Shown: one piece after another, positions 37,551 to 49,325 of the stretch
Position numbering within the stretch: position 1 is the stretch's first letter
How the letters are laid out: each line of letters begins with the position of its first letter
NCBI RefSeq assembly: GCF_004010195.1
Contig: NC_057749.1
Coordinates: 24,946,979 to 25,010,978 of the forward strand
Source of the DNA: Chiloscyllium plagiosum
Taxonomy: Eukaryota
Length of the DNA stretch: 64,000 bases
Direction: 5' to 3'
Program-made: the position numbers and the translations under genes
Notes under the pieces: generated by a model
Databases searched by the model: none
What the model saw: only the letters and a program-made list of their open reading frames with translations
Told to the model about the DNA's origin: nothing

Positions 37551-38799
37551 CTCAGTCCTTAATCTGCTACCCCTTATTTTGAGGCTGTGCCCTCTAGTTC
37601 TAGTTTCACCCACCAGTGGAAACAACCTCCCTGCTTTTATCTTATCTATTCCCTTCGTAATTTTATATCTTTGTGTAAGATCGCCCCTTGTTCTTCTAAA
37701 TTCCAAAGAGTATACTCCCCGTCTACTCAATCTCTCCTCGTAGACCAACTCTCAATGCCGGAATCTATCTAGCAAACCTCCTGTGCACCCCCTCCAGTGC
37801 CAGTACATCCTTTCTTGGGTAAGGAGACCTAAACTGTACACTGCTTGTTCATTAGAGAGAGACAACTGGTGGTAGTTTAACCTGAGGGCCGCCATGCCTC
37901 AGGAAAGGGATAAGGTAGGACATTTACAATCACCACAGTCAGGCCCACAATTGAACATGCTCTGTTAGTATCACACTGCGCTGCAACATAGCCGTCCAGT
38001 TTAGAAACAAATTACTGCAGATGCTAGAATCTGTACCGAAAATGTAAACAAGATCACAGCAGGTCAGGCTGCATCCGCGGAGACAGAGAGCAAGCTAACG
38101 TTTCGACTCTAGATTCAGCAGAGCTGACGGGAAGTGTGAAGGGGGTGGGGGGGGGAGCGCCTTGTGGGAAGGGTGGAGTGCTGGGGGAGAAAAGATATTG
38201 ATGGTTCAGATTAAGTGGTGAGAACGACAGAACGATGGTGCGTCCAAATGTATGAGTGGAGAAAGCAGACCGTCCCACTGGGGTGGGGGGAGGGGAGAGT
38301 CATGTCAGCTCTGATGGACAGTCATTGTGACTCGAAACATTAGCTTGCTCTCTCTCTCTCTCTCTCCCTCTCTCCATGGATGCTGCCTGACCCACTGAGA
38401 CCTCCAGCACATTTTGTTTTCAGTATCTGTCCAGATTACTGCACTAACCGATTCCTGCTCTGCTGCCATTCTCCAATATGACTCTTCTCTCATTCCCTGC
38501 AGCTCACACATTATCCCTCTACCCCCTTTTCTGTCGGCGACTCATCTAGTTTCCATTCAAAAGCAGCTTTAGCTATGTGCCTCGTCAAATTTTTTGTGAC
38601 GACAGGTTCCAAATACCCTCTGGGTAAAATAAGTTGTCTGACTGTATTTACCGACGGGAAATTGTCCTGCAGATAGAAACCCTCTCTCCACCTGATCCAC
38701 CCAATCGGAATGTTTACAGAACTCCATCAGCTCAGCTCCATGGTTTTCCTTTCTTTAAAGGAAGGTTGCCCATTCTGTTCAGAGTTCATTGCCAGAACA

Positions 38800-39205
38800 A
38801 CAGTTAAACAATTAGGGCAGCACGGTGGCTCAGTGGTTAGCGCTGCTGCCTCACAGCGCCAGGGACTTAGGTTCGATTCCAGCCTCAGGTGGCTGGAATC
38901 GAACCTAAGTCCCTGGTGCTGTGAGGCAGCAGCGCTAACCACTGAGCCACCGTGCTGCCCTAATTGTTTAACTGTGTGGAGTTTGCACATTCTCCCCGTG
39001 TCTGTGTGGGCTTCCACCCACATCACAAAGATGTGTGAGTTAGCCATGTTAAATCGGCCATAGTGCTCAGGGATGTGTAGGTTTGGGGCATTAGTTGGGG
39101 TTAAATGTAGAGGTAAAGGGTTTGCGTGGGTTACTCTTAGGAGGGTTGGTGTGTGGATTTGTTGGGCTGAAGGACCTGGTTCCATACTGTAGGGATTCTA
39201 ATTCT
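38800..39205 (+). mobile_element. HE1 SINE containing an inverted self-duplication
   Basis: 85-bp arms 38800-38884 and 38891-38975; the SINE body resumes afterwards. Confidence 0.9.
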
Positions 39206-40029
39206 AAATGCTAGTTCATTATTAGTTGGTTATATTTCTGGCGCAATACACACACCACTTGGGCAAGGGAAGATATTTTGCCAAGACTCAGTCATGGCTG
39301 ATTGTCCCAACCATAGAATCCCTACAATGTGGAAACAGGCCATTCGGCCCATCAAGTTCACATCAACTATATGAAGAGCATCTCACCCAGACCCACCCCA
39401 ACCCTGCATTTCCATGGCTAACCCACCTAGCCCGCACATCATTGGACTGTGGGAGGAAACCAGAGAATGTGTAGACTCCACACAGACAGTCACCCAAGGC
39501 TGGAATCGAACCCAGCTCTCTGGCACTGTGAGGCAGCAGTCCTAACCCTGCTGCCCCAATCGTTTGAGGACTCATTGAAGAAGGGAGCTTTGCTGTACTC
39601 ACCTCACAAGTTACTCAGTCTGGGTGGGTGGTGGGAGTGGTCAAGAGGGGATAGTGACCATTTGGCGAACCTCCTGTCTATGCCAGTCAAACTGACTCTG
39701 ATAAAATGTGGAACTTTCTATAAGACAAATGCAAAATACAACAACAACAGCTTGCACTTATAAAGCACCATTAGCAATGTTAAACATTCTTAGGCACTTC
39801 ATAGGAATGTAACCGGAAATATTTGAAACCAAGAAGATATGAGGGGATGTGGCTGAATGCCCAGATAAAGAGGTAAGTATTTTGGATCAGTTCAAAGGAA
39901 AGACAAATATTTAGAAAGGAAACTATTGAACTGATGGCAAATCAGCTGAAGACACAGATAGAGCGATGATAATCTAGGGGCATGTAAGGGCTAGAATTGG
40001 AGAAGGGCACAGATCTTGGAGGATTGGAG

Positions 40030-41090
40030 AGCTGGAGAAGGCCACAGAGATAGGGAAAGATGTTGAAACTGCAAAAGGTCACAGATAGAATAGTGGAGTT
40101 GGAGAAGCTTACAAATTTAGGGAGAATTGGAGTGTTGGAGATGGTCATAGAGAGAGCGTTATGGTGTTGGAGGAATTTCAAAGATAGAGAGAATTGTATT
40201 GTTGAATGGGGTTACAGAGATAGAGAGAGTTGCAGGTTAGAGGAGGCCACAGAGATATAGAAAGTTGTTATGTTGAAAGAGGTTACAAAGATAGAGACAG
40301 TTGTGATATTGGAGGAGATTACAGAGATAGGGAGAGTTGTTGGCTTAGAGGAGTTCACAGAGATAGAGAGAGTTGTTATGCTAGTGGAGGCTACATAGAT
40401 ACAGAGAGTTGTGATATTGGAGAAAATTATAGGGATAGGGAGAGTTATGATGTTGAGAGAGTTTACAGAGATAGAGTTGGGATGTTGGGGGAGGTTACAG
40501 AGATAGCGAAGAGTTGGGATGTTGGAGGAGGTTACAGAGATAGGGAAGTGTTGGTGATTAAATTAAATTACATTACAGTGTGGAAACAGGCCCTTCGGCC
40601 CAACAAGTCCACACCGACCCGCCGAAGCGTAACCCACCCATACCCCTACATTTACCCCTTACCTAACACTACGGGCAATTTAGCATGGCCAATTCACCTG
40701 ACCTGCACATCTTTGGACTGTGGGAGGAAACCGGAGTACCCGGAGGAAACCCACGCAGACACGGGGAGAACATACAAACTCCACACAGTCAGTCGTCTGA
40801 GGCGGGAATTGAACCCGGGTCTCTGGCGCTGTGAGGCAGCAGTGCTAACCACTGTGCCACCGTGATGTTGAAGGAGGTTACAGAGATAGGGAAGAGTTGG
40901 GATGTTGGAGGAGGTTACAGAGATAGGGAAGTGTTGGTGATGTTGAAGGAGGTTACTGAGATAGGGAAGTGTTGGGATGTTAAGGGGGTTACAGAGATAG
41001 GTTGGTGATGTTGGAGGAGGTTACAGAGATAGGGAAGAGTGGCGATGTTGGGGATGTTACAGAGATAGCGAAGAGTTTGTGATGTCTTTT
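40030..41090. repeat. Diverged ~33-35-bp purine-rich minisatellite derived from L2
   Basis: Unit GATGTTGGAGGAGGTTACAGAGATAGGGA(A)GAGTT. Confidence 0.85.
40559..40863 (-). mobile_element. Young HE1 SINE inserted in the minisatellite
   Basis: Near-consensus; GTGAT on both flanks. Confidence 0.9.
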
Positions 41091-41287
41091 CAGGATGAGG
41101 TAAAATTTTACTATGGTTGCCATTTAGAAGCCTTTTTAGGGAAAGGACAGGTTTTGGGATGGAGATGAGAGAGGTAAAAAAGCATCTTTGTCCCAGTTTC
41201 TGTTTTTGCCTCTAAATTCCTCCTAACTCTGAACTATCAGGTGTGCCATGTGCCCACTTCAGATACCAGTCCACTTTATATGAATAC

Positions 41288-41437
41288 CACTGATCCCAGC
41301 ATTCTGAACAGGATCTTGAAGGGTCTTGTAACATGAGGTGTCCCTGTGTCTACAGTTACTACAGCAACCAAGCAGGATTTGTGGATTATCATTGATAAGG
41401 AGTAATTCTACATAACATGTGTGACACCTCAGAACAT
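41288..41437 (-). CDS. Candidate Cys-rich exon (VLRCHTCYVELLLINDNPQILLGCCSNCRHRDTSCYKTLQDPVQNAGIS)
   Basis: 150 nt, symmetric phase 1/1; the other two frames have stops; unique sequence; donor G|gtattc is weak. Confidence 0.3.
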
Positions 41438-41851
41438 CTAATAATATATTAGAAACTCTAGACTGAAACATGGGCAGACAGCACAATCTTCAGACATCAT
41501 TGGAGATGAAAAATAATTTTAAAACACACAGTATTTCTGATTTCAATTTGCAATGTTCTTTTGCCAAACAATAATTAAATTTGAATGACCTCAAGCTCTG
41601 GTTATTGAACGAAATTTGACTTTATTAAAATGGAATCTTTCACTCCCACTCGGCACCAGAATATTGCATTGTCTGAACTGACGATGCACTATGTCTCATA
41701 ATTATGTTATTGCCAAACGCAGATTATCAAATCTAACTCCACATTGCCAAGGGGAGTTGACTTTGTGAGAAATTCTTGCATTCAGCATGCTGGTGTCAAA
41801 CTCACATTATCAAAATTATTTTAGAAAAAGGTAAAGAGGCAGAGTCAGAGA

Positions 41852-43030
41852 GTCATACAGCATGGAAACAGACCCTTTAGTCCAACCAGCCCACACTGAA
41901 CAGAATCACAAACTAAACTAGTCCCCCCTGCCTGCTCCTGGCCTATATCCCTCCAAACCTTTCCTATTCATGTACTCATCTAACAGTCATTCAACACTGT
42001 CATTTTAGCCACATTCATGACTTCCTCAGGAAGTTCATTCCACATATGAACTTGCAAAATATTTGCCCCTCGTGTCATTTTTAAATCTTTCTCCTCTCAC
42101 CTTAAAATTATGCACCCAGTCTTGAAATCCCCCACCCTAGGGAAATGACACTTCCATTCACCCAATGTCTCCCCATCATGACTTTATAACCCTCGATAAG
42201 GTTAGCCCTCAACCTCTTACACTCCAGTGAAAAAAGTCCCAGCCTCATCCAGCTTTTCTTCATCAGGGTGGCACAGTGGCTAGCCTTGCTGCCTCACAGC
42301 AGCAGGGTCGCAGGTTCGACTCCAGCCTCGGGTGACTGCCTGTGTGGAGTTTGCACATTTTCCTCTGGGTGCTCCGGTTTCCTCCCACAGTCCAAAGATG
42401 TGCAGTTCAGGTGAATTGGCCATGTTAAAATTGCCCATAGTGTCAGGTGCATTAGTCAGAGGGAAATGGGTCTGGGTGGGTTACTCTTCGGAGGGTCGGT
42501 GTGGAGTTGTTGGGCCGAAGGGCCAGTTTCCACACTGTAGGGAATCTAATCTAATCTAAACTCAATCCTTCCCGACCTGGCAACATCCTGGAAAATTGCT
42601 TCTGAACCCTCTCCTTCCTATAACAGGGTGACCTGAACTGGACACAGTGCTCCAGAAGAGGCCTCACCAAAGTCCTGTACAACCTCAACATGACGTCCCG
42701 ACTCCTATACTCAAGGGTCTGAGCAATGAAGGCAAGTGTGCTAGGTGCCTTCTTAACCACCCTGTCTACATATGTTACAAACTTTGAAGAATTATGTGCT
42801 TGAACCGCTCGGTCCCCCTGTGTACAACACTACCCACGGTCCTACCATTAATTGTATAAGGTGTATTATATATTGTTTATGGTGCCATAATGCAAAAACC
42901 CACACCTATCCAGACTGAACTCCATCTGTCACTCTTCAGCCCATTGACCCATTTGGTCAAGGTCCCTTCGTCATCCTAGATAACCTTCTGCACTGTCTAC
43001 TCTGCCACCAGTTTTGGTGTCATCCACAAA
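41852..43030 (-). mobile_element. CR1 3' fragment with nested HE1 SINE (42265-42558 +)
   Basis: [19 protein letters not shown]; tail reads AGAGTCAGAGAGTCA on +. Confidence 0.85.
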
Positions 43031-43120
43031 CTCACTTCAACTATCTTAACTTGGCTTTAGCCAAGAATTAAAGAAAGAATTGGAGCAATGTATCCTCCAA
43101 TGTGAGTTACTGCTACTCAC

Positions 43121-43166
43121 ATCTCGGAAACCCAAACAGCAGAAACAAAATGAAAGGGAATGCCGA
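43121..43166 (-). CDS. Candidate signal-peptide exon (SAFPFILFLLFGFPR); start codon unresolved
   Basis: Strong donor T|gtgagt, phase 1; hydrophobic; acceptor weak and SINE-derived. Confidence 0.25.
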
Positions 43167-43849
43167 CTGGGGGCTCTTGTGGTGTAGTGGTCGTGTCACA
43201 GAAGCATAGATGGGAGTTAGAATCACAGAACCTCTGAAGTGCGAAAACAGGCCATTCGGCCCATCGAGTCTGCACCCACCCTTTGAAGGGCATCCCATCC
43301 AGACCCAACCCCCTGTCCTATCCCTGTAATCCTGTGTTTCCCATGGCCAATCTACCCAGATTCTGGATTAGGGGTGCTGGAAGAGCACAGCTGTTCAGGC
43401 AGCATCCGAGGAGCAGCAAAATCGCCGGTTCAGGCAAAAGGGGGGAGGTGTGGGCGCAGGTTTTGCAGTTCCTGCGGTGGCAAGGGAAGGTGCCAGGATG
43501 GGAGGGTGGGTTGTAGGGGAGCGTGGGCCCAGATCTACCCAGATTGCACATCTTTGGACTGTGGGAGGAAACCGGAGCACCCGGAGGAAACCCACCAGAT
43601 CTACCCAGATTGCACATCTTTGGACTGCGAGAGGAAACCGGAGCACCCGGAGGAAACCCACGCAGACACGGGGAGATCGTGCAAACTGCACACAGAGAGA
43701 ATGGAATCCAACCCAGATGCCTGTCAGGCAGCAGTGTTAACTACAAGATAGCCATGGCTGCGGGGTATTTCAGGCAGGTGCTGGGTAAAAGCAGGTAGCC
43801 TCAGAGTGGGGAAAGACCTTCAAATCACGAGAGAGGAGACAATGAGCAG

Positions 43850-44140
43850 AAGAAGCTACATGCGCAGCTCTAACAATATCTCCGGACGGATTTGCCCCTC
43901 CAGCATTCACCCTCTCACTTCTTTTGACCATTAGTTGGAGCCTCACCGGTGGGAGAGCTGCAGTCTTCCCCCTCCCACAAACCTCATCCCTCCCCTCCTC
44001 CCGTTGCCTACCTCAGCAGTGGCCACCAATCCGAGCGGCGCTGCTGAGCATCCAGCCCTCTGATTGGATTGTCGGCTCTGGGAGGCAGGAAGGTGTCCTC
44101 CAATGGGATGGCAAACCATGGCAGCAGCCATCCAATAAGC
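43850..44140. promoter_or_regulatory. Candidate promoter: four CCAAT boxes and an NRF1-like motif
   Basis: CCAAT at 44026, 44100, 44132 and ATTGG at 44063; CATGCGCA near 43859; several CpGs; non-repeat sequence. Confidence 0.4.
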
Positions 44141-44354
44141 TTTGACATTTTTTGGGAAGGATCAGCTTCTACTGGACATTGGACCTTCACTCAAACAGTG
44201 AAATGAAGTCTGTTGTCCTGATTATTTTGGGGGAGCTTTTGGTCACTCCAAAACCTTCCAATACGCTACACCAACCAAACACACAAATTGCTGGAGAAAC
44301 CCAGCAAGTCTGGCAGTGTCTGTGGAGAGACAAAGCAGAGTTAACGTTTCAAGT

Positions 44355-44660
44355 CATTGAGCTACCTCTCACTGACAGATATACCAACGGTACTGCCACT
44401 GGATGAGTCCGTAATGGTTTTAAAGTTTCTGGGCACATTTCCAGTCACAGCTGACAATGTCAGACTTTGGACGCAGAAAGATCTGGTTCGGGCAAAACTG
44501 AAACAGCTGGTGGTGACGGGGGAAACCAGAATTGAAACCTTTCTGGACTCAGAGTGACCAGAGGACCAGAGGTTCATGGAGAGCAAGAGTGATTGTCCTG
44601 AGCAAACATCACCATCAGCTACTGGCTGAACTCCACCAGAACTGGGTCTTCAAAATGAAA
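44355..44660 (+). pseudogene. Isolated Gypsy pol fragment (RNase H-integrase linker)
   Basis: PVTADNVRLWTQKD..KLKQLV..G and LAELH-like sequence. Confidence 0.6.
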
Positions 44661-45759
44661 TTATAGAGGTTTATAAAATCATGAGGGGCGTCAAGAAGAT
44701 GAATAGCAAAGTTCTTTTCCCTTGGGTGGGAAAGTTCAAAACTAGAGGAGTAGAGGTTTAATGTGAAAGGAGATAGATTTGAAAGGGACCTGAGGGCCAA
44801 CTTTTTCAGACCGAGGGTGGTTCTTATGAAATGAGCTGCCAGAGGAAGTGGTAGATGCAGGTACAGTTACAACACTTAAAAGGCATTTGGACAGGTACAT
44901 GGATAAGAAAGGTTTGTAGGGATATGGGTCAAATGCATACAAATGGGACAATTGGGGAATGTGGGTCGGCATGGACAAGGTGGGCCAGAGGGTTTGTTTC
45001 CATGCTGGATGACTCAATAAGTTCAGTGATCCTTCTTCAGAAATGGAACAAAATGGATTTTGTTTAAAAATTTTTTGACAGAGGCAGAGGCCCAGTGCAA
45101 AAGGCAAAGAGGTGTGTCATGGGAGTAAGTTAAGGTGTGTGTGTGTGGTGTGTGTGTGTGTGTGTGTATGTGTGGTGTGTGTGTGTGTGTGAGAGAGAGA
45201 GAGAAAACTTACAGACAAGCAAACACACCATCAACACGATAAGGCTGTGGGTGGACAGGGGGAGCAGAAGATAACAAAAATGCAGAACAAATGTGATGTG
45301 GCCAGTTTTTGAAACTATCAAATTTGCGACCCTGTGGCTGTAATGTGCCGAAGGTACTTTAATACCTTGAGATGACGTGAGGTGGAATTTAATCCAGGTC
45401 CTCAGCACCAAGGGGAGTCATGCATCACTTCCTGTTGTAATGGTCTCCGATGTTCAGTGCCAATCAGGCACATAGATGGACAGCAGCAGGGCCTTCATTG
45501 GCCGAATGATCCCACGTTGTCTGACTTCTCTTCCTCACCTCCTGCCAGTCAGCTGTCCATTGTGGGCAGTGCCAAATGGAGATGCTGGTGGACGCCTCCA
45601 TTATTGCCCCATGATCAGAAAAAGAGCTCAAGGCCACATTTGAGCAAGCGCAGGGTGGTGCCAGGAGGGAGGAAGGGAGGAAGGCTGGGGAGGGAGGCAG
45701 AGGGTGAGGAGGGATGTGGAGGGATGGGGAGAGAGGAGGAGGGGTGGGGGAGAGAGGAG

Positions 45760-46396
45760 NNNNNNNNNNNNNNNNNNNNNNNNNNNNNNNNNNNNNNNNN
45801 NNNNNNNNNNNNNNNNNNNNNNNNNNNNNNNNNNNNNNNNNNNNNNNNNNNNNNNNNNNNNNNNNNNNNNNNNNNNNNNNNNNNNNNNNNNNNNNNNNNN
45901 NNNNNNNNNNNNNNNNNNNNNNNNNNNNNNNNNNNNNNNNNNNNNNNNNNNNNNNNNNNNNNNNNNNNNNNNNNNNNNNNNNNNNNNNNNNNNNNNNNNN
46001 NNNNNNNNNNNNNNNNNNNNNNNNNNNNNNNNNNNNNNNNNNNNNNNNNNNNNNNNNNNNNNNNNNNNNNNNNNNNNNNNNNNNNNNNNNNNNNNNNNNN
46101 NNNNNNNNNNNNNNNNNNNNNNNNNNNNNNNNNNNNNNNNNNNNNNNNNNNNNNNNNNNNNNNNNNNNNNNNNNNNNNNNNNNNNNNNNNNNNNNNNNNN
46201 NNNNNNNNNNNNNNNNNNNNNNNNNNNNNNNNNNNNNNNNNNNNNNNNNNNNNNNNNNNNNNNNNNNNNNNNNNNNNNNNNNNNNNNNNNNNNNNNNNNN
46301 NNNNNNNNNNNNNNNNNNNNNNNNNNNNNNNNNNNNNNNNNNNNNNNNNNNNNNNNNNNNNNNNNNNNNNNNNNNNNNNNNNNNNNNNNNNNNNNN
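45760..46396. other. Assembly gap flanked by G/A-rich low-complexity sequence
   Basis: Run of N. Confidence 1.
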
Positions 46397-48759
46397 GGGT
46401 GGCAGAGGGGTGGGAGAGAGAGGTGGAAGGGTGGGGGAGACAGATGTAGAGGTGGGAACGGTGGCAGTGGGGCAGGAGGGAGGCAGAGGTGTGGGAAGTC
46501 ATATTAAAAGTGGAAGGGGGAGGGTTGCTGTTTGAAACTGAATGCCCACTCCACCTTCTCTTCATGATGCTCGGTGCTTCGATTGGGTGCTGTGTGTTTG
46601 ACAATGAGCTGACAGGTTCTGAGCTCACCGGAGTGACAACGCCCCTCCTGTTGCTGGTTCACCAATGCATGTCAGGACAGGAAATCCTTTTCTGTTCCTT
46701 CCTGTCCCTGGTCTACTCAGGTAGTGGTGAAATGGTTGACACAGTCCTCACCAAGTACCCTCCAGCTTCAATAAATACCCAATACCTTCAAATGACCTCT
46801 GAGGAGAGAATATTAAAATCCTTGCACAAATATGTCCATACTCTGGTCAAATACTCAGCAGAGGTTTCTGTAAATGCATTCACCATTTTGAACAGATACA
46901 AATATGTTTCTCATTGCATTACACAACATTCCAAGTGTGATATGCATTAGCTGAACTACAGCCAATTCATTTAACAGATCACCAAGTGACCACAGGAAAA
47001 CCATTAGAAACCGCAAATTCTGAACAGACTTAGGCTGTGAAACTAATGAGCCTACATTTTAAAATCACATTTTTATTGAAATACTGGACAGTCGCCACCA
47101 ATTGCTCACAAATTTTGATGAAGTTAAACGCTTTATAACATTTCGGCCATGTGCGTTGGTTCCATTACTGAATTCATCCGCAAACAGATAAGAAAAACTG
47201 TCAAACGGACGTGTTTGAATCTAAATTAAAAAATTGGCATAGAATTCCTTCCAAAGATTAAACTTTGACCTAGACTTCAGGAAGGTTAAACATTTTCTGC
47301 AACATAAATTTGGGAGCAAATGATTGAATTCCCAAAAGGACAAAAGTTATTTAGAAAGATTATAGAGACCAGGACGCAATGCCTGCATTCAAAACTGAAA
47401 CTAGATTTGCGAAATTTAAAAATTGCTAACTCCCTTCATTGTTTTTGCTTAACGTCCCTTTCTTTCCTCATTATTTCTTTGGTTGGAACTCAAGTGTTGG
47501 ATTCAGGTCCAGAATGGGCCCACAATTGAGCTACTTTTGATGATCATTTTTGTCCCTAAATTCCATAGCATTGTACGCAAAATCCACCACAATCCAGCAA
47601 AATTCGGCAGGATTTTAAAACGTAGAAAGGGCTGGAGAAACTCAGCAGGTTTGGCAATATTTGTGGAGCGGGGAAACCAAGTTAACATTTCGAGTCCAGT
47701 AAGACTGGCAGTTCCACATAACACATTCCTAATTAAAGGCTTGTGCCCAAAACGTTGACCCTCCTGCTCCTCGGATGCTGCCTGACCTGCTGTGCTTTTC
47801 CATCACCACTCTTTTTTGACTGACTCTCCAGCATCTGCAGTCCTCCCTTTCTCCCTGAAGGCACCAGAACAGTCAAACTGTACTCAAAGCAATAACTCCA
47901 TTATTATTATGTCCCATTGAAACTCCAGACCTGCTGAGTTTCTCCAGTACTTTCTGTTTTTCTTTCAGATTTCCAGCATCTGCTGGCATATTGCTTTTTA
48001 AAACATAACGTGCTTTTTCAAAAACGTATGGGTCAAAAAAATATCTCTTGATCCGTTTGAGAATGGTAACATGATGCAGATTTATTCATCAAGCTGAAAT
48101 TGGGTTTAATCAGAGAGTACCTTGAATAAATAATTGAGAACGAGCTTAAAAGAATATACAAAATTATTTGCTAGTTGTATCGGTGAATAGTTTCAAGGCA
48201 AATTGAGCAATGTTACTCATGAGGCTTTTAAATTGAGTCCTTGTATCAAAAAGTAGCGATTTGATGTTAAGAACCTACTGAAAGTCATGCACACACCATT
48301 AGTCAATACTCACAGTGCTGATTAGTTCAATATGGGTAACGCTATGAACAGGACTGGTTTCTAACCTGACACTTTAAAATCAATGCAAATAAAAAAAAAG
48401 AAAAAAATCTCTCTGTGCTAAAGGTAATTTGCACTTGCAATGTCTCAAACTGGTTTGGCCAAATTTGGGTGTGTTCCAACATAAATCCAGGCCGGCGTAT
48501 GTAAATGCATTTGTGATTTATATCAGTGCTATCACCCAGTTGGCAAAAAAAAACACCTCTGTTCGGAAGAAAGTGGAGAAATGGGAGGAATATTTCCCAG
48601 TCAGTCTACAGCTTAGCCTTTCGTCATAGCCTCATCAGATTCCGACTGGAGTAGTAAGTGTGCCATCATCCCTCCTCATCAATCTCGACTCCACTCCCCC
48701 AGTCAGCAACCAGAAATTCAAAACTCTCCACAGTGTGAGTCTTTGTCGCATTCCCATCA

Positions 48760-49325
48760 GTCTTGGCCCTGAATCCGAGATTGTGCATTCAGTTCTCATT
48801 CCAGAGGGTGGATAATGAAACCTAACTCAAGTGTCAGTGCTGTTACGGAAGACTGAAGCTCTGTGAGGGAGTTGCCCCTCAAACGCAGTGTTAAACCAAG
48901 GCCCCATCAGTCCTGAAGAGCAGTCATACTAAACTTGAAATGGTAACTCTGTTTCTCTCCTCAACAGATGCTGCCAGACCTGCTGAGTTTCTGCAGCATT
49001 CTGGCTGTTAGTTTGGATTTCCAGCATCCACAATGTTTTGCTTTTACCCCACCCGTTTTCTTGTTTGGATGTTAAAGATCTTGATACCATTTTGAAAAAG
49101 ACCTGGACAGTTTTCCTCCAAGCGTTGACCAATATTTATCACTTAATTAACATCACTAAAGCAGATTATCTGATCGTTACCACCGTTTGTGATACTCAGT
49201 GAAGATTGACCACCATATTATCCATATTACAATAGGGATGCCACTGAAGTGGCTTAAAGTGTTTTGGGACAGGTTGAGATCATGTAGGGCACCTTATATT
49301 TGCAGGTCTTTTTGACTCTTTCTCT
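48760..49325 (+). mobile_element. SacSINE1/DeuSINE-like SINE, interrupted by a Penelope terminus (~48910-49045)
   Basis: GTTAAACCAAGGCCCC..AAAGATC..CCAATATTTATC..AACATCACTAAAGCAGATTATCTG, resembling the Deu-domain SINE as recalled. Confidence 0.65.

Noticed and set aside
40230..40865. 211-aa ORF with GGYRDRES repeats
   Set aside because: Minisatellite plus antisense SINE
45382..46628. ORFs of 267-355 aa
   Set aside because: Artefacts of the N gap and G/A low-complexity flanks
46545..46798. Possible minus-strand exon after acceptor tattctctcctcag
   Set aside because: Only short open frames; it could not be joined in phase to the candidate gene and shows no recognisable protein
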